Assembly: GCA_030390025.1 (NCBI GenBank)
Contig: CM059432.1
Location: forward strand, 82,276,001-82,340,000
Direction: 5' to 3'
From: Squalus acanthias
Taxonomy: Eukaryota
DNA length: 64,000 nt
In this document: piece by piece, positions 49,570 through 61,510 of the stretch
Layout of the letters: each line of letters opens with the position of its first letter
Position numbering within the stretch: position 1 is the first letter of the stretch
The notes under the pieces: generated by a model
What the model was told of the DNA's origin: nothing
Databases searched by the model: none
Seen by the model: only the letters and a program-made list of their open reading frames with translations
Program-made: the position numbers and the translations under genes

Positions 49570-50807
49570 CTGAAATTAAATCAGAGCACTAGCTTACAAA
49601 TGATTCACTGAACAGAAAACCGCACTTCATACAGCAACTCTAAAACGCTAAGCGTGAGTGATTTGTGTTTGCTAGCACCATAGTTTACTGCATTTAATCC
49701 CAGACAATTTATACATAAAGTATGTATTTTTATGTGCACATTACGTGCCTACATTGCTTAAATGTTGGAATATAAAGGTCATAGGGTGGATGAGATCATT
49801 CAGTATTTTATTGATACTGTGCCCCTTAGTGTGATCCCTAGATTCATTGAATCTGCAACTGAAGCTATGCTAATGAGCCTTTTCCATTTTTGAATGAATT
49901 TCTGTCACATTTATGATAGACTTCAATTTTTCACACAATTCTTAAGTGGCAGCTCTAGAATTCCTCGGAACGTCATTTTGAAAATTTGAATAGCATTACC
50001 TATCTTCCAACTTTACTGTATGGTATCTGTGCAGGGGAATCAAGGGTAATGGGGATTGGGCAGGAAAGTGAAGTTGAGGTCGAAGGTCAGCCATGATCTT
50101 ATTGAATGGCGGAGCAGGCTCGAGGGGCCGTATGGCCTACTCCTGCTCCTAATTCTTATGTTCTTATGTGCCTAAACAACTGAAATAAAATCTGCTTCTG
50201 TGTGTACTCTCTGGGTCAGAGTGAGATCCGTCTTGTTTCAATTACAACAACTTGCATTTCTATAGTACTATTTTAATTGTTAAAATTTCCCACAGTGCTT
50301 CACAGATAGGGCTAAGGAAAATGGATACTGATTATGGAAGGAAGAGTTTAGGAGCTGTGACTGAAAGCTTGGTTTTTGAGTCAGCCTGTTCCGTTTGGGT
50401 TATCGGGTCAGCAGGGGCTGCACGGTATTGGTAGGAATGATTCTGTGGAGGCGAGGCAGCAAAACAGCCTAGATTTCCAGGGAGCGGACTTATTTTCCAA
50501 TTAAAATCAATTTATCTTGATTATTAAAAAATTCCAAATGCTGTAGCATATAGTTCTGACCACCGAGTTTGTCAGGAAATATGAATGCAGTCAAGCAGAG
50601 ATAACTAGGATGAGTGAACAAACAGGAAGGCAAAACACTCTATAAAGGGATCAAAAAAAACATTAAAAAGTGAGGAAAAGCACAAAATTGTAAACTAAAA
50701 ATTACATACAGAGGAAATAATTTAACTGGACGTTCTGAAGAAGTTCACAGATGAAGCACGAAACCATCCCATGACCAGATTGTATAATTATAGCATGACA
50801 AGTTTAC

Positions 50808-51135
50808 GAAAGAAAGAAAAGACTTGCATTTCTATAGCGCCTTTCACAACCTCAGGAGGTCCCAAAGCGCTTTACAACCAATTAAGTACATTTAAAATGT
50901 AGTCACTGTTGTAATATAGGAACCATGGCAGCCAATTTGCCCATAGCAAGGTTCCACAAATAGCAATGTGATAATGATTGGTTCAGGGATAAATATTGGC
51001 CAGGACACCAGGGTGAACTCCCCTCTTCGTCTTCAAAATATTACAATGGCATCTTTTACGTCCATCTGAGAAGACAGATGGAGCCTCAATTTAACGTGTC
51101 ATCCAAAAGACAGCACCTCCGACTATGCAGTAGAT
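50808..51135 (-). mobile_element. DeuSINE/SacSINE1-like, partial
   Basis: Tail gaaagaaagaaaagacttgcatttctatagcgcctttcac and Deu-like core on the minus strand. Confidence 0.8.
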
Positions 51136-53479
51136 TTTATGCTTAAGTTTACATAGGCAAAACTCGTCTTTAATGTGGACGTAGGTATTTATAACTGGAA
51201 TAGGTTGCACAAAAAGTATTACAAAATTGTAACAAGAAGTGTATGCAAATGGAATATTTTTAATACATTATATCCATATTACATAGATAGATATATAGGG
51301 AGTACCGTCAAACTTTGTTCTCATTTACAGCAAGGTATGAGGGACCTGGGTGACTGCATTAGGTCATTTGGTAACCTCACACCATGCCGCTGGCACCTGT
51401 AATTTACTGAAGGATGGCCTTCAGCTCCAAATACGAACACCCTCCCTTGATGCACCTCTTGCCGCAGGACTGTCAGCATCAAAGGGCGCAATGTTACCCA
51501 CATGTCTTACTGTGCTACTGTGAACAACTAGTCCACTTTTCTGTCACCACCACAACTTCCAGAGACTGCGGCCCTTGGAGAGGATATTGCCTTTCTGGAT
51601 ATTACACTTGCCAGCCAAGTGTGCTATTGGCCAAGCTCCATGGTAAGCCTTTTATGTGCAATTATTCAAATTAGGGGAGAGATTCCTGTTGCAAAATTTG
51701 GCACAGCCTGCTCCATACTACGACATGTGTGTCTCTACCACATGCTAGCACAATCCCATTTTTGCCTTTGGTATAAAACCATTGCTCATGTGCTTGCTCT
51801 TCCCCTCTCTGCGAATCTGTATTGTAAATAAATTGTAAGAAGATGACGGAGCATAAAGTAAGCCTGTGATGAAGGCAAACTATTGACAGTTCTGCACCAC
51901 TGGACAGCTCACCAGGAGACCCTGGTTCATATCCCATGACATTCGAACTCTGACTTCTTGTTTCAGTTAGTTACAGCTGAGTCATCCAGCAAAGGAACTC
52001 TAAGCAGAGGGTTCCTTCCCACAGTACTCAAGTGGGTTTAGAGATAGGCTGGATCAAAGAGAAGTAACCATGAAGTGATCTGTGAGTTGGACTGTTCCAC
52101 TCTCACAAGAAAGTCAGCTGAATATAGGGAATTGGAGGGGCTATAGGAGAAACATTACACAGAAAACAAATAAGGCATTGTAATTTATTTTAATGTACTG
52201 TATGTATAATTTTACTGTCTAAAACATATGCTCATTAGGCAGGCAAAACAAAGACATTAAATTGAATTATTGTTTCAGATCACAATTACCTCAGGTATAC
52301 TGAGATTCATTACTAAAACTTGGTTTCAGTATATGCTAATGTTGAGTTTGGATTATTGAGGCTGTCCCAGTTGGACTGAATGTTATCAGCGTTCATTTAA
52401 GTTGGAGCTGGATGTATTGCATCCCCTGAGATAGCCTGGGTTTACTCTGACACCTGGGAAACACACAGAATCATAGAAGCTTACAGCCATTCAGCCCATT
52501 ACGCCTGTTTTGGTTCTTTGAAAGACCTGTCCAATTTAGTCCCACATCCCAGCATTTTCACCATAACCATACAAATGTTCCACTGAATATTGAAGATGGA
52601 TTGCAGACAATTTTGCTGCTGATCCATTCTCCAGTTTACTGTATGAGTAACCTAGTAACAAGACTTGCCCAGCTCACTTTATTAACCTCACATATCACAG
52701 TGATTTTGGAGGCAGGCAAGTGCATATCCCTTCACAGGGAAAGACAGAAAAGTTGATTAAGCATTTGAGGATATCCGATATTGCACTGCCACTTGTGAGA
52801 GCTTGGTATCTATTAGACCATTTCCTCCTGTGCCACTTGCGTTATGTGATCAGCAAATTCCTATGTCATCCACCATTTTGCTGCACATACTTCTTGGTTC
52901 ATCTTTCAGTCTCTAGCCGAGAGATGGTCAGCACTGGTTGCCAGCTTCTAGCCAGAGCTCCACTTTCCTTGAAGCATGTCTGTGGTCCTGCTGAGTTAGG
53001 GTTTTACAACCAGGCAGCATAGATTTTGTATCAAGCAAAGATTTGTAATGTAAAAGCAAAAACATTTTATTTTTATATTTAAATATTCACATATGAATGA
53101 GAGCGTGAGAGGTGAGTCACAGTATGTTTCAGCCATCAATATATTCAGCCATCCTCCAAAAGTGATTTCCCATTTATTTTTCTGTTGGTGAGTTTTCCCA
53201 ATTGAATTTTCCTGTCACAGTTTATTTCTTCTGTTACCCTTGGCAACAACCCCTGGCAACTCTTATGTCTGTTGAGCTCTGCTATGTAGTTTCATATTGG
53301 GTGACAGGAAAATAGAATTCATTCTATTTGGCACGATTCATGAACTGCAACTAAGAATGGTGCAATGCCAGGAATGGAAACTTTGGCAATGCACCTGCCA
53401 AATATATTCCACTTGAGAATATATGCAGTGCATGGCCAACAAAATAATTATTTTTTATTAAACTTTCTTACCAGATCAA

Positions 53480-54372
53480 GGGGGAAAAATTCAGTTGGTT
53501 GCGTCTCCCGTTAGCGCCTTAAGAGGGCGCTAATGGGGCGCAAAGCATCTAGCGCCCAGGCGCGGCGAAGTTTGCGCCGTTCGCGAAATTAACTAGACAT
53601 TTTGCGGCGGCGCTAAACACTACCGCCACGATCTCCTGCGCCGGCAGATCATGACGTCACTCGAGTGCACAACGCCCCGGTATCGCCCCGGAGCGGATAT
53701 TGAGTGGCGCCCCCTGCCTTACCGCCTGACGCTAGCAACGACAGGTTGAGGGGAGCGTTCTGCAGTCATGAAGAGAAAGGGGGAGCGCTATTTAAAGGTG
53801 TCCGCTTCCTGCCTTTTATTGTTGGTGCCATTTTTGAACTACGCATTCTGAGCGAGAGAGAGAGAGACTTCTGGAGAGATTCAACGTTGTGTGAAGGAGT
53901 TTTGGGTACTGAGCAGCACTTTGCAGGTTCATTTTGATTTGCCATTCCTTGTATCGATTTAGAAGAGACTGTGGGGGCTGCACTCTGAGCTCTTTGCCTG
54001 GTACTCTCCATTGTTCTTTCCAGCACATTTGATGTGCAGGTCTCTCCAGGCCGAGATTCAAGGCTGCAATGAGCAGGATGTGGATGGAAAGCAAGATTAA
54101 CCATCCCCTTTAAGAACTGGCCCGTGACATTGTGTGTGTGTTCCATTGTTGACTGACATTACATGAGCTTCGCCAGCGCTCTGAGGTAACGCTTCGCTCC
54201 TCGGCATTTGCGCCTTAAGACAGGTGTGAAGCGCCTGATTTAGCGCTCCAATCACCTCCAGGGGCGATAAAAGTCAAGTTTGCAGTCGGTGGCGATAATT
54301 AGCGCCAGGTGCTAATCTTTGCGCCCGGCCGATAATTGCGCCCCAAATGGGGCGATACTGAATTTCTCCCCC
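53480..54372. mobile_element. Harbinger MITE family A, copy 1 (893 bp)
   Basis: TIRs gggggaaaaattcag and ctgaatttctccccc. TSD CAA. Collinear with 60622-61510. Confidence 0.88.
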
Positions 54373-54486
54373 CAAGTGTCTAAAATGGTCTTGGTGCTCT
54401 GTATAGATTTAAAAATAACATTTTTTTTTGCACCTTAGGATGGGAAACTACTGTACTCTGGGCTATGAGTCCACTTTCACATCCTA

Positions 54487-55222
54487 ACAACAACAACTTG
54501 CATTTATATAGCACCTTTAATGTAGTAAAACGTCCCATGGCACTTCACAGAGTGTAATCAGATAAAAATTGACACAGAGCCAAAGAAGGAGATATTAGGA
54601 GGGGTTCCTAAAAGCTTGCTCAGTGAGGTATGTTTTAAGGAGGAGAGCGAGGTGGAGAGACGGAGAGGTTTAGGGATGGATTCCAGAGTTTAGGGCCTAG
54701 ACAACTGAAGGCTCGACCGCCAATGGTGGGGCAAAGGGAGTGGGGGACGCACAAGAGGCCAGAGTTGATGGAATGCAGAGTTCTTGGAAAGTTGTAGGTC
54801 TGGAGGAGGTTACAGAGGTAGGGAAAGACATAGCCATGGAGAAATTTGAACATGAAGATAAGAACTTTAAAATTGAGGCTTTGGTGGACCGGGAGCCAAT
54901 GTAGATCAGCGAGAACAGGGGTGACGGGTGAGCGGGACTTGGTGCGGGTCACAATACAAGCAGCAGAGTTTTGGATGAGCTGAACCTTATGGAGGGTGGA
55001 TGTTGGGAGGCCAGCCAGAAGAGCATTGGAATAGTCGAGTCTGGAGGTAACAATAGCATGGATGAAGGTTTCAGCAGCAGATGGGCTGAGGCAGGGAGGA
55101 GATGGGCGATATTATGGAGGTGAAAATAGGCAATCTTAGTGATGGAAAGAATATGGGGTTGGAAGTTCAGCTCAAGGTCAAATAGGATATCGAGGTTACA
55201 AACAGTCTGGTTCAACCTGAGT
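54487..55222 (-). mobile_element. L2 LINE 3' fragment
   Basis: L2-type C-terminus TPVLADLHWLPVHQSLNFK...GGRAFSCLGPKLWN with (TTG)n tail. Confidence 0.85.
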
Positions 55223-55946
55223 TAGTGCCTGGAGAAGGTGGGTGGGTGGCGGGGGTGGGGGGGGGGTGGAATCTGTGGTAAATCTAACCACATGCTAATA
55301 TTAAACTAGAAAAATCCATGAAAATTATAGAGATGAGATTGGTGTTCTTGACCAAAGAAAGATGATAAGCAAATCATATTTACACTATGTGCATTATTGT
55401 GTTGCAGCACCTGACTAATGTATAGGAAAGACATTGAACACTACTGTACTAGTATATTGGTTATATCAAGATAGTGAATGATGAGTATGGTTTATGCAGT
55501 CACCAATAATGATTTCACCTATGCAAACTTCAACTAAAATTAATTTGAGCTGTAAGCATTTAGCGGAACACAGATTCTTAAAAAAAAAATTACATTGGAT
55601 AACATCACAATGGGCTAAAAATTCAACAGCACCACCCCCCTGAAATACGGGCACGGAGATCGCGATGCACGATTATCTCACGGCCGTTCAAAGTAATGCA
55701 GGCAGAATGCAAACTTGGTGCTGCCTGCTAATTTAAATGATAGTGGCATGTAGCCCAGTGCTAACCGCGCTGTTGAGTGGCTGCACGCTCAGCAAGGGGC
55801 CCAAGTTTGTGTGAGGCTAGCACCAATTAAAGCTAGCCTGCACTTCTTAAAGGCAGCCTGCACCTCTTAAAGGGGAGGTGCAGTTTGATGAGATCAGGTG
55901 CTTGAAGTCATTCCAGAAGGCAGTTTCAACTGAGAAACATTCAGCA

Positions 55947-57832
55947 ATAGCACAACAGGTCAGAGAGAGGGTCCCAAGATTCTCAGACGCAGCATTGGAG
56001 ACCTTAATACAGGAGATGAGAGGAGGAGAGAGGTCCTGTTTCCACAGGGGGCCAGGAGGCCCTCCAAACAGCGAAGGGAGTGGGAGCAGATAGCCACTTG
56101 GTCAATGCCAACAGTGTTGTCCCGAGAACCTGGATGCAGTGCTGGAAGAAGTTCAATGACCTCACATGAATGGTCAAGGTCAGTGAATGCATCTTCAAAT
56201 GCCATATCCCACAAACTGCACCACCAGCCTCACCCACTGCTCTACTCATCGCAGCCCCATCACTCACCTACCAACAATCTCTATCAATCATGACTCATAC
56301 CTCACATACATATGCTCCATCTCACCCGCACACATTTACCACTGCCGCAAGCTTCACACTCACATCTCTCAGTTTGCACACACTGCCAGCTTTTCAACCA
56401 TGACAGCCACATCAGTCAAACACATTGAACCACACTCACTGACACACTTCCCTCTCTCTTGCAGGACAAGGTGGCGCACAACCGTAGGCAGCGGCAGCTA
56501 ACCAGAAGGGGACAGGCATGCCTCCATATCCTGACCCCGCTTGAGCAGACGGTGCTCGGCATAGTTGGAGCGGCTGTGACTATGGCTGTGGCCAGCGGCG
56601 GCGCTGAAACCATTGAACATGACGGTATACTCATATCTCTTTCTCACATCCCACTTCCCTCTCATCCCACAATTTCTTCAGAGTTACAAGCTGCACATGG
56701 TGTAAACATGCACCTGTTGCTTTGCCTCCCACCGCCCCCACCCCCCCCCCCCCACCACAATCCTACCCTTGTGCCTTTCTCATTTCAGAGACCCAAGAAA
56801 TCCAACCTGGCCAGGCAATGGTGCAAGAGGAAGAGGAGAGTGATGATGAAGAAGAAAAAGCGTCACTGGATCTGACACTCGCAGTCACCAGCTCAGATAC
56901 TGATACTGTGCGGACTTTAGAGGGTAGTTTAGAGGCAGGATCTGCACGTGGTGAGTCACCGGGCACGAGTGGGCTGCAGCCAGGGCAGAGGCAAAGGGTA
57001 GTGCAGGTGCCAGCTCCCTGGAGGGTGAGGTCGCACACAAGTTCTGCTGCACAGGACTCAGATGAGGATTTTGATGGGGCGATCTACAAAGCTGATGGGT
57101 ATCCACAACTAAATGCTTGGTTTATTGGCAGGCCTGCCAGAAAGCCTGAATGCAACGTCAAGGAGCATGGAGGAGTCCAGCTCCAACCTTGCACAGGGCT
57201 TTGGGCAGAGCGTGGAGCCCATCCTTTCCAGCGTGGAAGGGGTGGGCAGATACATTAGTGCACTTGTGGGCCGCATGTAGCGCCTGATGGCCAAAGTCTC
57301 AGCTTCCACTGCAGCACAAGCAGAAGCCACCCAACATTTGAGTACTGCAATGGAAACTCAGACTGAAGTCATGCAAGCTCAGCTTGCTGCCACACAAGCA
57401 CAGACTGCTGCCATCATGGTTGCGGTTAGCAGTGTTGAAAGGGGCTTGCAGGATGTCACAGCAATCCAGCAATCTGTCCTCCAGCAGATTACTAGGATTG
57501 CTGAGGCCCTGGGGGAGTGGCAGTGGCTCCATGGAGGACGAACCTGCTGTCCTCTCTAAAGATGACAGCATTTGTCCTCCCATCTCTGCCACTCCCCCAG
57601 GGCCCTTGCTATTGCCCATCAGCTAGCCTAAACTGCTGCAGTTCGAAGCCGGGCCTACTAGACCCAGAGCTGCTCGAGGTCACCTGCAAGGCCATCTTCA
57701 GTCTCCCCCATTGGAAGTCAGCAGCCTTCCACCAGCCATGCTGCAGCCACTGGGGTAGCACTGCGTAGGAGCCCTAGGATAGGCAAAAGCACACGGAAAA
57801 CCAGCACTAAGGGAATGCACAAGGGTGATTAG
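55947..57832 (+). pseudogene. Harbinger Myb/SANT-like DNA-binding protein gene, intron-containing, disabled
   Basis: ERVPRFSDAALETLIQE...RTWMQCWKKFNDL, then donor gtcagt (56179) and acceptor ttgcag (56464). Next exon DKVAHNRRQRQLT...LTPLEQTVL, then acceptor tttcag (56788) and an acidic region. Stops and frameshifts are present. Confidence 0.78.
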
Positions 57833-58002
57833 TTGACTTTTCAATGAAATATTTTAATGGTTTGATTCATAAAATTGGTTTGGAATGTTTGTTTTGTGGT
57901 GGCGTTTCTTGTAGTATTGTGGCCAAGGGGACGCTGTGATGGTCAGTAACAGAGGGAAGGTAAGATGTGAGACTATTTGTGAATGGGGAATTGGGGTTGC
58001 GT

Positions 58003-59150
58003 TCACTGGTACCACAGTCGGATCAGTCGATCACGGACCGCCTGGACAGAATGTGGCTGTCTGAGTTGGCTCCTCCCTTTCTGCTCCTCCTCTTCCGCTT
58101 CCTCCTGCTTCTCCTCTTCCTCAGCTGGGTACCTTACGCCTGGTGGCAAGGGCTGTGCCCTCATGATGGCGAGGTTGTGGAGCATGCAGCAGACCACGAC
58201 AAAGCTTGAGACGCACTCTGGCAAGTACTGCAGGGCTCCTCCAGAGCGGTCCAGGCAGCAGAGGTGTCGTTTAAGCAGGCCAATGGTCTGCTCTACCAGA
58301 TTCCGTGTGACAGCATTGCTTTCATTGTATGCATGCTGCCCACGTGTGCGTGGGTTACGCAGCGGAGTCATGAGCCAGGTGGTCAGCGGATAGCCCTTGT
58401 CACCCAGTAACCACCCTCTGGTTTGTCGTGGTGGTTCAAATGCTGATGGTACAGCGGACTGTCACAGAATGAAGGCATCATGACTGCTGCCAGGATACCG
58501 AGCATTGACCTGCATGATGCGCTGAGTATGGTCACACACCAGCTGGACATTGAGGGAGTGGAATCTCTTCTGGTTGTGGTGCGTCTCCGAATTGAGATGC
58601 GGTGCCCACAAAGCGACATGTGTTCAGTCAGTGGCACCCTGCACCATGGGGAAGCCTGCTATCCTGGTGAAGCCACGTGTTCGCTCCGTCTCCTTTCTCT
58701 GGCAAGAGAGAATGAAATGTATTCAGCTCTCATTGTATACAGAGCCTCACTCACCTCCCTTATACAGGAGTGGACGGTGAACTGGGAGATGTTACAGATG
58801 TCGCCTGCTCCAGCCTGGAGGAGCCCGACGCGAAGAAGTTCAAGGCCACGGTCACCTTCACAGCCTCTGGCAATGCCGTCCTCGCCCTGGACTGAGGCGG
58901 CAGGTCTGTCTGCAGCAGGTGGCAGATTTCAGTGAGCACCTCCTTAGTAAAACACAGACATCACATGCACTGTTTGTCGCTGAGGTTGAGGTAGGAGAAT
59001 TGCTCCCTGAAGACCCTGGGTGGATATGGCCTCCTGCTGAAAGCCCTTCTCCCCCTCCTTCTTCTGCCTCTTCATGCAGCTTGTCCTGCTCTGTGTCGCC
59101 TCTGCTCATTCTCCCTGTCATGCTGCAGGCCAAGGGGGTTACAAACTACT
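58003..59150 (-). pseudogene. Harbinger (HARBI1-like) DDE transposase, disabled
   Basis: Motifs AGFPMVQGATD*TH, FHSLNVQLVCD, YPGSSHDAFIL, LLGDKGYPL, MTPLRNP and VEQTIGLLK...CCMLHNL. In-frame stops are present. Confidence 0.88.
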
Positions 59151-59724
59151 GCACCCGTGTCTGGGAGCAACTGGTCTGAGCAGACCCCTTGCAAGTCAGT
59201 ACCAAGTCCTTGAGCATGTGCCACGCTACTCCTTGTAGACTTTAGGCAACTTTAAAGAAATCTAGAAAGCACCAAACACTTCTACAATCAATCAAGAACT
59301 AACCTGTTAAGTAGGTGACGATCCCTTTAAATAGCGCTGGTGGGGGGCCTTCCTGCTGCTGAACGCATGTTTAGTTGTGGGAGGTTAAGAGAGGGCGTTA
59401 GTTCCAGCGTTGAGGTTAAAAATGGCAGCACTGGCATCAAATTAGCGGTAGACGTTGATTGAGGTCATGATCTGCCTACTCTGAATACTTCCGATGTACG
59501 CTCCCAGCGCCAACGCTAATGCTCTCACCAAAATGGCGTCCGGCGCGGCCTGCACCAGAAGTGTACACGCGCTGCTCAGACACCATTTTCAATCCAAAAC
59601 GGCACCTGTAGCGCCCAAACAACCGGCGCTACACAACTGAATTTTAAGCCCCTAATTTCAGTTTAAACTTTTACTGAAAAAAAATTATAATTGTGAAAGT
59701 TCATTTGATAAGGCTTTATTTGCA

Positions 59725-60475
59725 ACAACACCAAGAACAACCTGTATTAATATAGTGCTTTTAATGTAGTAAAACATCCCAAAGCGCTTCACAGGAGCAT
59801 TATAAAACAAAATTTGACACTGAGGCACATAAGGAGATATTAGGACAGATAGCTTGGTCAAAGAGGTAGGTTTTAAGGAGCGTCTTAAAGGAGGAAAGAG
59901 AGGTAGGAGAGGCAGAGGGGTTTAGGGAGGGAATTCCAGAGCTTAGGGCCTTGGCAGCTGAAGGCACGGCCACCAATGGTTGAGCGATTAAAATCAGGGA
60001 TGCTCAAGAGGCCAGAATTAGAGGAGCGCAGATATCTCGGGGGTTTGTAGGTCTGGAGAAGATTACAGAGATAAGGAGGGGCAAACCCATGGAGGGATTT
60101 GAAAACATGGATGAGAATTTTTAAATCGAGGCGTTGCTTAACTGGGAGCCAATGTAGGTCAGCGAGCAATGTAGGTGAACGGGACTTGGTGTGAGTTAGG
60201 ACACGGGCAGCAGAGTTTTGGATGACCTCAAGTTTATGTAGGGTAGAACGTGGGAGGTCAGCCAGGAGTGCATTGGAATAGTCAAGTCTAGAGGTAACAA
60301 AGGCATGGATGAGGGTTTCAGCAGCAGATGAGCTGAGGCAAGGGCGGAGTCGGGCGATGTTACGGAGGTGGAAATAGACAGTCTTAGTGATGGCGCTGAT
60401 ATGTGGTCGGAAGCTCATTTCAGGGTTAAATATAACACCAAGGTTGCGAACAGTCTGGTTCAGCCTCAGACAGAT
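59725..60475 (-). mobile_element. L2 LINE 3' fragment
   Basis: ORF 59885-60418 AETLIHAFVTSRLDYSNALL...QNSAARVL...LHWLPV...GGRAFS. Same family as 54487-55222. Confidence 0.88.
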
Positions 60476-60621
60476 GCCTTATTCAATCCTCTTACAACCT
60501 TTGGTAAAGCTATCAGACAAGGGTAATCAATGGGATCTTATGAAAAATTTGAAATCTTTGAAAAACTAGCAATTGTCTCCATTGTCTTTGGAAATTACTC
60601 CATTGAGATTCGACATACATT

Positions 60622-61510
60622 GGGGGAAAAATTCGATCGGTTTGCGCCTCCCGTTAGCGCCTTAAGAGGGAGCTAATGGGGCGCAAAGCAACTAGCGCCC
60701 GGGTGTGGCGATGTTTGCGCCGCTCGCGAAATTGACCAGACATTTTGCGGCAGCGCTAAAAACTACTGCCACGATCTCCTGCGCCCGCAGATCATGACGT
60801 CAGTCGATGTGCAACGTCCCGGTATCACCCCGACCAGATATTGAGTGGCGCCCCCTGCCTTACCGCCTGCCATTAGCAACGACAGGTTGAGGGGAGCGTT
60901 TTGCAGTCGGGAAGGGACTGGGGCAGCGCTATTTAAAGGTGACCGGTTCCTGCCTTTTTTTTTGGCGATATTTTTGCACCACGCATTCTGAGTGAGAGAG
61001 AGAGAGACTTCTGGAGATATTCAACGCTGTGTTGAGGAGTTTTGGGTACTGAGCAGCACTTTGAAGGTTCATTTTGATTTGATCTTCCTTGCATCGATTT
61101 AGAAGAGACTATGGGGGCTGCACTCTGACATCTTTCCCTGGGCCTCTCCATTGTTCTTTCCAGCAGATTTGATGTACAGGTCTCTCCAGGCCGAGATTCA
61201 AGGCTGCAATGAGCACGGTGTGGATGGAGAGCAAGATCGACCCTCCCCTTTAAGAACTGGCCGGCGCCAGTGTGTCTGTGTTCCATTGCTAACTGACATC
61301 ACATGAGCTTCGCCAGCGCTGAGGTAGCGCCTCGCTCCTTGGCATTAGCGCCTTAAGAGAGGTGTGTAGCGCCTGATTTAGCGCTCCAATCACCTCCAGG
61401 GGCGATAGAAGCCAAGTTTGCAGTCGGAGGCGATAATTAGCGCCAGGCGCTAAACTTTGCGCCCGGCTGATAATCGCGCCCCAAACGGGGCGACACTGAA
61501 TTTCTCCCCC
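60622..61510. mobile_element. Harbinger MITE family A, copy 2 (889 bp)
   Basis: TIRs gggggaaaaattc and gaatttctccccc. TSD ATT. Confidence 0.88.

Larger units (their letters stand above)
55611..59652. mobile_element. Full-structure PIF/Harbinger DNA transposon (about 4.0 kb), decayed
   Basis: TIRs (t)gggctaaaaattca and tgaattttaagcccc, 3-bp flanks CAA/TAA. Convergent Myb/SANT-like gene (+) and DDE transposase (-). Confidence 0.88.

Noticed and set aside
58003..59150. Host HARBI1 gene
   Set aside because: It has in-frame stops and lies between TIRs beside a decayed Myb gene, so it is a transposon copy.
53766..61286. Similar minus-strand ORFs of 126 aa and 117 aa (53766-54146 and 60933-61286) as a novel gene pair
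   Set aside because: Both lie inside copies of one MITE, so similarity is expected. No domain is recognisable, the C-termini differ, and there is no evidence of codon-level constraint.
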